From: Candidatus Kuenenia stuttgartensis
GTDB taxonomy: Bacteria > Planctomycetota > UBA11346
DNA length: 64,000 nucleotides
NCBI GenBank assembly: GCA_945876185.1
Contig: CAMCMZ010000002.1
Coordinates: 24,073-88,072 of the forward strand
Direction: 5' to 3'
Shown here: positions 57,821 to 64,000 of the stretch, piece after piece
Layout: each line of letters begins with the position of its first letter
How positions within the stretch are numbered: position 1 is the stretch's first letter
Position numbers and translations under genes: made by a program
Notes under the pieces: model-generated
The model's input: the letters and a program-made list of their open reading frames with translations, nothing else
Told to the model about the DNA's origin: nothing
The model's database searches: none

Positions 57821-59044
57821 ATGCATCGCCTCGTCCTCGTATTCGCCCTCGTCGCTGCGGTCTGGACCGGCGAGGCCGGCGGGCCGAAGGTTCCGGCCGA
57901 GGACGACGTCGAGGTCGACCAGAAAACGGAAGATACCGAACGCGTCGAATATGCGCTGATCTATCAGTGGCGGCGGCTGCATCCGCCGACGCCAGCCATC
58001 GATGCCGCAGCGGTGCGCTGGCTGGGACAGGCCCGCAATCTGCTGAACTGGAAGCGTGCCGGGGCAAAGGGGTCCGAACCCGACACCTCGCTCGAACCGT
58101 TCGCCTTCTGGCGCGGCCCGTTCGACGACCGCCGGCGTGCGGCGTGGATGGCGCTCGACGCGGTCGACGAATACCCGGCTTCATCGCTAGCACCGGAACT
58201 GATCCACCTCGCGTTGGAAGCCTACTGCGACCTGCGCGAGGCCTACGAGGTCCGTCGTCTGCTGGTGCGCTTGTGGTACGCCTATCCCGAGCATCCGCGC
58301 ATGGGCGAGGCCATGCGTCAGGCGCTGGAGGTGGCGAACCAGGTGCAGGCCTTCGAGAGCAAGGTCGACCTGGACGCCAGCGAGCCATCGAAGGTGATCC
58401 GGATCGACGGCAGCGGTTACGCCACCGACCTCAACCGGCTCTACCGCTTCCTCGCCCGCTATGGCGATCGCGAAAACGTCGCGCCGCAAGCGGCGCTCGG
58501 CACGGCACGCAGCTACCTGATCCTGGCCGCAGGCAGTTCGCTCGGCAGCGCCCGCACCGAGGTCTTCGATGCGCGTCGCACCTACGACCAGCTGCTCTAC
58601 GACCATCCCACCCATCCGCTGGTGTTCGCCGTGCTGTGCGAGCAGGTGCTCAGCCACCTGCTGGTCTACAAGGGTGATGAATATGATGTGGGCGCGCTGA
58701 TCTCTGCCGCCATGATTATCGATCAGGCGGAACAGGAGGCCCGTGGCGACCAGACCAAGGTCGCACACGTCCAGCGCCTGCGGGCGCGCATCCGTGGCTG
58801 GCACCAGGACCGCGACCTTCAGGTGGCGCGCTGGTATGCCAGCAAGCGCGGCCTGGAAGGCCTGTTCGGCACGCCCGACGGGCTCAAGGACTGGCTTGAT
58901 GGCGCGCGCTACTACTACCGTGAGGTCATCCGCCGCGATCCGGTGTCGGCGCAGGGCCGCGTCGCCGAACGTGAACTCGCCGCCCTGCCGGTGCGCAAGC
59001 TCGCGCCGCTGGCGCCGCTGCCGGTGGATGGGGTCGGCAAGTGA
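57821..59044 (+). CDS. Secreted hypothetical protein (helical, TPR-like)
   Basis: Signal peptide MHRLVLVFALVAAVWTG within ORF 57680-59044. No recognised catalytic motif. Confidence 0.45.
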   Translation: MHRLVLVFALVAAVWTGEAGGPKVPAEDDVEVDQKTEDTERVEYALIYQWRRLHPPTPAIDAAAVRWLGQARNLLNWKRAGAKGSEPDTSLEPFAFWRGPFDDRRRAAWMALDAVDEYPASSLAPELIHLALEAYCDLREAYEVRRLLVRLWYAYPEHPRMGEAMRQALEVANQVQAFESKVDLDASEPSKVIRIDGSGYATDLNRLYRFLARYGDRENVAPQAALGTARSYLILAAGSSLGSARTEVFDARRTYDQLLYDHPTHPLVFAVLCEQVLSHLLVYKGDEYDVGALISAAMIIDQAEQEARGDQTKVAHVQRLRARIRGWHQDRDLQVARWYASKRGLEGLFGTPDGLKDWLDGARYYYREVIRRDPVSAQGRVAERELAALPVRKLAPLAPLPVDGVGK

Positions 59045-59048
59045 CCCT

Positions 59049-59150
59049 AAAAATCGCAATTGCACCCCATCTGCTGCGTTGGTCGCGGGTCTGCTGGCGC
59101 TGCCACACTCCCTCCTCCCGCCTTGCATCTGGGGCACTCTTGCGATTTTT
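59049..59150 (-). repeat. ~100-bp hairpin repeat (MITE-like) copy 3, inverted orientation, diverged core
   Basis: Reverse complement is AAAAATCGCAAGAGTGCCCCAGATGCAAGGCGGGAGGAGGGAG...GCAGATGGGGTGCAATTGCGATTTTT. Ends conserved, centre ~80% identical to copy 2. Confidence 0.6.
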
Positions 59151-59160
59151 CAGGAGGTTA

Positions 59161-59766
59161 TTGGGTGGGGTCGCGAGCACGATCGCCGCGCTGGCCATCG
59201 CCAATCTCGTTTTGCTGACCGCCGTCGGTTGCCCCTACCGCGTCCAGGGCCCGCCCGCGATGGCCGAAACGGTGCAGGTCGTCGTGGTCAGCAACGCCAG
59301 CCGCCTGCCGCGCGCGCAGGCCTACCTGCAGGACGAGGTTGCGCTCGCCCTCACCAAACGTCTGGGCTGGAAAGTCGGCCCGACCGGGACCGCCCGCCTG
59401 GAATTGGTGCTCAACCAGGAGCGCAAACGCCAGGTCGGCACTGGCGACCGCAACATCCCCAACCGCTGGTCGATCGTCCTCGATGGCTCCGCTCTGATCG
59501 CCAGTCGCCAGGGCAACCGCACCTACGCCTACACCGGCACTGGCTACGAAAGCTCCCGCGCCGACGAACCCGACGGCCTGCGCGCCGCGGCCGCCGCTTG
59601 TGCCAACGACCTCGCCGGCTGGCTCGAAGCCGAATTCAAGCAACCGATCGCGGCATCGGTGAAGCCAGCCACCGGATCCACGAAGGCCACCAGTGAATCC
59701 GTGCCGCCGGCGACACAGACGGTAAAACCGGGCGAACTGCCAGCACCCGCAGCGGCCAGACCCTGA
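59161..59766 (+). CDS. Hypothetical lipoprotein (LptE-like size); start uncertain, ORF reads through the upstream hairpin repeat
   Basis: Signal/lipobox RFFRRLLGGVASTIAALAIANLVLLTAVGC. Mature part ~150 aa. ORF track starts at GTG 59041 inside the repeat. TTG 59161 has an AGGAGG just upstream. Confidence 0.35.
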   Translation: MGGVASTIAALAIANLVLLTAVGCPYRVQGPPAMAETVQVVVVSNASRLPRAQAYLQDEVALALTKRLGWKVGPTGTARLELVLNQERKRQVGTGDRNIPNRWSIVLDGSALIASRQGNRTYAYTGTGYESSRADEPDGLRAAAAACANDLAGWLEAEFKQPIAASVKPATGSTKATSESVPPATQTVKPGELPAPAAARP

Positions 59767-59827
59767 CCGCCTCGGGTCTGGAATCCTGTGGTTGCTCCCC
59801 GTCGGGGCGTGCGATGATCCCGCCGCA

Positions 59828-61426
59828 ATGCTCGAACGCATCCTGAAGTCCGCCGCCCCCATCACCCGCCTGGCCCTGGCGCTGCTGTACGTCCTGGCGC
59901 TGGGCACCGCGACGGCGACCGATGCCGCGCCGGTGTCGGCCAAGGCGCCAGAGGCGGCGCCGGCCGGCGCCCCGACCGCGACCAAGAGCGGAAAACGGGC
60001 GGCGTACCTCCACATCGACGATGCCATCGATCCGATCCAGGAACGCTACCTCGCCCGCACCTTGACCATGGCGACGGAGCAAAACGTCGACGTGGTGGTG
60101 ATCCACATGACCAGCGATGGCGGCCGCCTCGATTCCGCCTCGCTGATGGTCAACCGCCTGCTCGCGGTCAAACCCGACCGGCCGCGCCTGGTCGCCTGGA
60201 TTGACAACAAGGCCTGGTCTGCCGGCGCGATGATCTCCTACGCCTGCGACGAGGTCTGGATGGGACCGAACGCAAACATCGGCGACATCGGCGTGATCTT
60301 CCTGACCCAGGAGGGCAAGATCGAATATGCGCCGGAAAAGATCGAATCGCCGGTGCGCGCGATGCTGCGCCGCCTGGCCCAGATCCGCAACTGGAACGAA
60401 CCCAAGCTGGTGAAGATGACGGCGCGCAACCAGGAGTTGTACCGCATCGACGTGCCCGCCGTGAACGGCAAGCCAGAGCGCACCGAATACGTGATCGAGG
60501 ACAATTGGCCGGTGTGGAAGGCGGATTGGGAGAAAGCCAACCCGGTCATACCGGCGCCGGAAAAAATCCTCGTCGCCGGCAAGGATCGACTGCTCAGCTA
60601 TACCGCGAAAGAAGCCGTCACCGAAGGCATGGCCACCGGCACCGTCGCCGACCTCGACGCGCTCTATGCCAAACTCGGCATCGACAAGGCCAGCCTGGTC
60701 GACCTGCAGCCCACCACCAACGACCGGGTCAGCCGCACCTTGGCGGGCTGGGCGCCGATCCTGGCCGCGCTGGCGGTGCTCTTCCTGATCCTGGAGTTCA
60801 AGATCCCGGGCGGACTGTTCATCACTCTCGCGGCGGTCGCCGGTGCAGCGTTCATCTTCTGCCAGTACTACCAGGACTTCGTCTCGGCGCTCGAGATCAT
60901 CGCCATCCTGGCCGGAGTCGCGCTGATCATCGTCGACCTCTTCGTGCTGCCCACCGGCGGACTGTTGGCCGGGCTGGGTGCGATGCTCATGGTCGGCGGG
61001 CTGATCGCCTCGTTCATGCCCAACGTCGACAAATGGCAGTTCTCGTCCCCAGGCTGGGGCAATCTGCTCGGCCGGGCGCTGCTGCAATCCACCGTCGCGT
61101 TGGTCCTGATCGCGTTCGGTCTGGTCGCGTTCATCAGCGCTCTGCCGCGCATGCGCGCCGCGCGGCGGATGGCGGTGCAGACCGAGATCGGCGGCACCAG
61201 CGGCGGCACGATCGAGGCCGCCACCACGTCCCTGGTCGGCCGTCTCGCCACCGCGCGCAGCGACCTGATGCCGGGCGGTTTCGTGGTGGTGAACGACGGT
61301 CCGCAGGCCGGCAAGGAACTCAGCGCCACCGCCGCCAACGGCGAAGCAGTCAAGGCCGGCGCCACGGTCGAGATCGTGGCCATTTCCATGGGCGAGGTCG
61401 TGGTACGGCCCCAGGTGCGGGCATGA
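59828..61426 (+). CDS. NfeD-family membrane-bound ClpP-class serine protease (long form)
   Basis: Periplasmic/ClpP-like N-domain (VIHMTSDGGRLDSA, AWSAGAMISYACD). Central TM bundle. C-terminal NfeD OB-fold beta-barrel. Confidence 0.75.
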   Translation: MLERILKSAAPITRLALALLYVLALGTATATDAAPVSAKAPEAAPAGAPTATKSGKRAAYLHIDDAIDPIQERYLARTLTMATEQNVDVVVIHMTSDGGRLDSASLMVNRLLAVKPDRPRLVAWIDNKAWSAGAMISYACDEVWMGPNANIGDIGVIFLTQEGKIEYAPEKIESPVRAMLRRLAQIRNWNEPKLVKMTARNQELYRIDVPAVNGKPERTEYVIEDNWPVWKADWEKANPVIPAPEKILVAGKDRLLSYTAKEAVTEGMATGTVADLDALYAKLGIDKASLVDLQPTTNDRVSRTLAGWAPILAALAVLFLILEFKIPGGLFITLAAVAGAAFIFCQYYQDFVSALEIIAILAGVALIIVDLFVLPTGGLLAGLGAMLMVGGLIASFMPNVDKWQFSSPGWGNLLGRALLQSTVALVLIAFGLVAFISALPRMRAARRMAVQTEIGGTSGGTIEAATTSLVGRLATARSDLMPGGFVVVNDGPQAGKELSATAANGEAVKAGATVEIVAISMGEVVVRPQVRA

Positions 61427-61446
61427 GATCTGCCGCTCCTCCGCTT

Positions 61447-61465
61447 GCGCCTGGGACCGCCAGGC
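61447..61465. repeat. Solo copy of the GCGCCTGGGACCGCCAGGC palindromic unit
   Basis: Identical to the left TIR of element 18216-18605. Lies in the 50-bp gap between the two nfeD genes. Confidence 0.3.
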
Positions 61466-61476
61466 TGGAGCCTGGC

Positions 61477-62169
61477 ATGCCGTCCAATCCATCCGGCCGA
61501 CCAGGAAACCCAGGTTTGACCCTGTCCCTGGTGATGCTGGCTTGTGGGTTCGCCTACGCCGCCGCTGGCGAGCCCGCCAAACCGACCGCCATCGCCACCC
61601 CGTTCACCGATCTGCTCGCCGCCGCCGGCCTGCTGCTGCTTGCCGGCGGCCTGGTGGTGGCTGAACTCCTGGTGGTCAGCATGGGCATGCTCGCCGTTCT
61701 TGCGTGCGTCGCTGCTTTCGCCGGTATTTGGCTGGCGTTCGGCGTCCATCCTGTGGCGGGCTGGATCAGCCTGGTGGTGGCGCCGATGATCGGCACCGTC
61801 GCCTTCCGCCTCGGCCTCGATCGCATGCGCCGCTCATCCCTGGTACCCCAGGCCGAGATCACTGCCGACGCCGGCTATCAGCACACCCTCGACCTCCTGG
61901 GCATCCATGTCGGCGCCGAAGGGGAACTGGTCACCGACGCCTATCCCAGCGGTCGCGCCCGCTTCACTACGGCGAAAGGTGCGGTCGAGGCCGACGTCCA
62001 GGTCGGTGGTGGCAGTCTGAAGCGCGGCGCCCGCATCCGGGTGACCGCCATTGACGGCGCCACCGCCCAGGTGATAGCGGTCACCGCGACAGCAGCTTCC
62101 CTCTCCTCTGACGCTTCAACCACCTCGCCCAGCCCAGTCCAACCCACCACATCCACATCGGGATCCTGA
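61477..62169 (+). CDS. NfeD-like short protein (TM helices + C-terminal OB-fold)
   Basis: Internal ATG of ORF 60505-62169, in frame. Hydrophobic N-half. C-terminal GELVTDAYPSGRARFTTAKGAVEADVQ...RIRVTAIDG typical of NfeD short form (YuaF-like). Confidence 0.65.
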   Translation: MPSNPSGRPGNPGLTLSLVMLACGFAYAAAGEPAKPTAIATPFTDLLAAAGLLLLAGGLVVAELLVVSMGMLAVLACVAAFAGIWLAFGVHPVAGWISLVVAPMIGTVAFRLGLDRMRRSSLVPQAEITADAGYQHTLDLLGIHVGAEGELVTDAYPSGRARFTTAKGAVEADVQVGGGSLKRGARIRVTAIDGATAQVIAVTATAASLSSDASTTSPSPVQPTTSTSGS

Positions 62170-62172
62170 ACC

Positions 62173-63258
62173 ATGACCACTCTCACCTCCCTCACCTCCC
62201 TCACCCAAGCCTTGTTTGCTGGACCGGAAGCATCCGGGTTATCCAACTGGGAACTCATCGGCATTGGGATAGTTCTACTCATTGTCCTGTCATTGGGTTT
62301 CGTCTTTATGTCGGTCTTCGGCCTGTGGATCCAGGCCCTTACCTCGAATGCGCCGGTGGGGTGGTTCAACATTTTCATGATGCGCTTCCGCAAGGTGAAC
62401 GCCCAGGTCATCGTCACCGCCCGCATCACCGCCAAGAAAGCCGGCATCGACGTCAGTTCCGACCGCCTTGAAGCCCACTACATGGCCGGCGGCCACGTCA
62501 TGCGCGTGATCAGCGCCCTGATCGCCTCCAGCAAGGCCGGCATCGAGCTGTCGTTCGACCGCGCCTGCGCCATCGACCTCGCCGGCCGCGATGTCCTGGA
62601 TGCAGTGCAGACCTCGGTGAATCCCAAGGTCATCGACGTGCCGAACGCCGCCAGCGGCGTCGCCACCATCGACGGCGTGGCCCAGAACGGCATCCAGCTC
62701 AAGGTCAAGGCGCGGGTCACCGTGCGCACCAACCTCGACCGCCTGGTTGGCGGCGCGGCGGAAAACACCATCGTCGCCCGCGTCGGCCAGGGCATCGTCA
62801 GCGCCATCGGCGCCGCCAAGAGCCACATGGAGGTCTTGGAAAATCCCAAGTTGATCTCGAAAATCGTGCTCGACAGCGGCCTTGATGCCTCGACCGCGTT
62901 CTCGATCCTGTCGATCGACATCGCCGACGTCATCGTGGGCGACAACATCGGCGCGCGCTTGCAGACCGATCAGGCCGAAGCGCAGAAGAAGATCGCCCAG
63001 GCCGAGGCCGAACAGCGCCGCGCCATGGCCGTCGCACGCGAACAGGAAATGATCGCCCTGGTCGCCGAGAACCGCGCCAAGGTGGTGGCCTCCGAAGCCG
63101 AGATCCCGCTCGCGATCGCCGACGCGTTCCGGAAAGGAAATCTCGGCATCATGGACTACTACTCGCTCAAGAACCTCCAGTCCGACACCGAGATGCGCAC
63201 CGCCATCGCCGCGCCTCCCGGTTCCAACATCAAGCCGCAGGACAAGACCCCGGGATGA
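62173..63258 (+). CDS. floA: Flotillin-like protein FloA (SPFH domain, UPF0365/YqfA family)
   Basis: 361 aa. N-terminal TM. The [16 protein letters not shown]...[10 protein letters not shown]...HYMAGG region matches YqfA/FloA. Immediately downstream of nfeD genes, matching the yqeZ-yqfA arrangement. Confidence 0.8.
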   Translation: MTTLTSLTSLTQALFAGPEASGLSNWELIGIGIVLLIVLSLGFVFMSVFGLWIQALTSNAPVGWFNIFMMRFRKVNAQVIVTARITAKKAGIDVSSDRLEAHYMAGGHVMRVISALIASSKAGIELSFDRACAIDLAGRDVLDAVQTSVNPKVIDVPNAASGVATIDGVAQNGIQLKVKARVTVRTNLDRLVGGAAENTIVARVGQGIVSAIGAAKSHMEVLENPKLISKIVLDSGLDASTAFSILSIDIADVIVGDNIGARLQTDQAEAQKKIAQAEAEQRRAMAVAREQEMIALVAENRAKVVASEAEIPLAIADAFRKGNLGIMDYYSLKNLQSDTEMRTAIAAPPGSNIKPQDKTPG

Positions 63259-63365
63259 CCCGCTTTCGTCACCCTGCCGCGCCCGGCGTCTTCGTCGCAC
63301 CTGCAGCGTCCGGCATGCCCGCTGTCCCAGTCGCACCCACCTGACAGCAGGAAAGGCCCTAAACC

Positions 63366-63848
63366 ATGGGATTCCTCGACGAACTGCTGAAGACGATCGA
63401 AGAGGCCGCGGACGAGGCCCAAGGCCGTCAGCGGCCCCGGCCGCAGCAGCCCGCCCCACGCCCGGCGCAGGCCCCGCCCCGGCAGGATCCCGTGCTGGTC
63501 AACGACCGCGATGACGACATCGACACCAACGAGGAGGATCAGCAGCGTCGGCAGCAGGCGGAAGCCGAACGCCAGCGCGCGTTCGCCGAACGTGCCCGCG
63601 CCGAGCACGCCGCCGAGGAGGCGCAGCAGCTGGCCCGGCGCAAGGTGCTTGAAGCAAGCCGCCGCGCCCAGACTGCCGCGCAGACCGTGCAACGGCGCGA
63701 CGCCCAGGTCGCTCGCGCCGCGCCCCCGATCGGCGCCGTCCGCATCGGCACGCTGCTCAGGCAGCAACAGACCCTGCGCGAACTGGTGGTGCTGCGCGAA
63801 GTGCTCGACAAGCCGCTCGCCCTACGACGCGGGTTGCGTCGGCGCTGA
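63366..63848 (+). CDS. Hypothetical charged/coiled-coil protein
   Basis: 160 aa. Highly charged, Q/R/E/A-rich. RBS-like GGAAAGG upstream. Could be the third gene of the floA operon. Confidence 0.4.
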   Translation: MGFLDELLKTIEEAADEAQGRQRPRPQQPAPRPAQAPPRQDPVLVNDRDDDIDTNEEDQQRRQQAEAERQRAFAERARAEHAAEEAQQLARRKVLEASRRAQTAAQTVQRRDAQVARAAPPIGAVRIGTLLRQQQTLRELVVLREVLDKPLALRRGLRRR

Positions 63849-64000
63849 CGCGTCCCGTCGCGCACCAGCCCTTGCGTTTTGCCACTCCGGTCTTGCTGCC
63901 GGTGCTTCATGGCAAAGGATCCAAGGATCATGGCGCGCGCAGTCATTCCCATCCTCACCGCTGAAAAAGCGATCCATCACCTACGTGGTCAGCGAGTCAT

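Noticed and set aside
59041-59766. Full 241-aa ORF for the lipoprotein starting at GTG 59041 within the stop codon of the upstream gene
   Set aside because: The first 35 codons are the hairpin repeat element read through. The start was placed after the element at TTG 59161 with low confidence. The true start may still lie inside the repeat, so this is uncertainty rather than outright rejection.

Overview
The window is high-GC (~68-70%) bacterial chromosome from a Gram-negative-type organism. Its lipoproteins (LpoB-like, OmpA-like), Blc lipocalin and rhomboid protease support that. The taxon is not certain; the propionate-pathway genes and GC are compatible with a Verrucomicrobia/Opitutae-like lineage, which is speculation.

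Gene content, by coordinate:
- 364-2846: accB, accC and rpsP. The S16 protein carries a Lys/Ala-rich C-terminal tail.
- 2926-6275: an AraC-HTH/O6-methylguanine methyltransferase fusion, a prenyltransferase-repeat protein, and ugd.
- 6325-7019: a vapBC toxin-antitoxin pair.
- 7839-11282: eukaryote-type ileS carrying two low-GC insertion patches.
- 11283-16813: triple palindrome, secreted proteins, rdgB, a DUF4177 gene, an orphan histidine kinase, and a GH13 amylase-family gene.
- 17463-18129: a hepT/mntA toxin-antitoxin pair.
- 18826-29481: penicillin-acylase family gene, a DsbD-like protein with unusual domain order, a LarA-like gene, PPTase, HDOD, cysteine desulfurase, GNAT and an LpoB-like lipoprotein.
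- 30377-40492: a complete methylmalonyl-CoA (Wood-Werkman-type) propionate block. It has a CoA-transferase, BirA, a 1.3S-like biotin carrier, 12S and 5S carboxyltransferases, methylmalonyl-CoA epimerase, a split methylmalonyl-CoA mutase with MeaB, and an adjacent orphan hydF.
- 42079-43398: xylA.
- 44755-49087: an iron-type ABC importer.
- 49251-51491: a large secreted protein built from about 10 novel W-x-TPLFHH repeats.
- 51500-63258: blc, comF, a UDG family 4 gene, a rhomboid gene, an OmpA-like lipoprotein and an nfeD-nfeD-floA operon.

The non-coding content is the most unusual part. Several families of small structured repeats are present:
- A ~100-bp hairpin MITE-like element with 25-bp terminal inverted repeats, in three full copies and one partial copy.
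- Two ~400-bp elements flanked by terminal inverted repeats, built from GTCCC-TAC-GGGAC and CCCGGGG-TTGAAA-CCCCGGG stem-loops. One is an inverted duplication of a ~100-bp unit.
- REP-like GGCGTGCTGCGCCCGCACT / CAAAAGTCGGTTGG elements. Two exact 19-bp direct repeats bracket the hepT-mntA cassette like a target-site duplication.
- GGCCACAAAGAGCACA hairpins.
- A triple 18-bp palindrome upstream of ileS.

Three low-GC islets (7193-7780, 13739-13954, 43487-44200) and a frameshifted vapC suggest horizontal acquisition and decay. No CRISPR array, rRNA, tRNA, integrase or transposase was identified.
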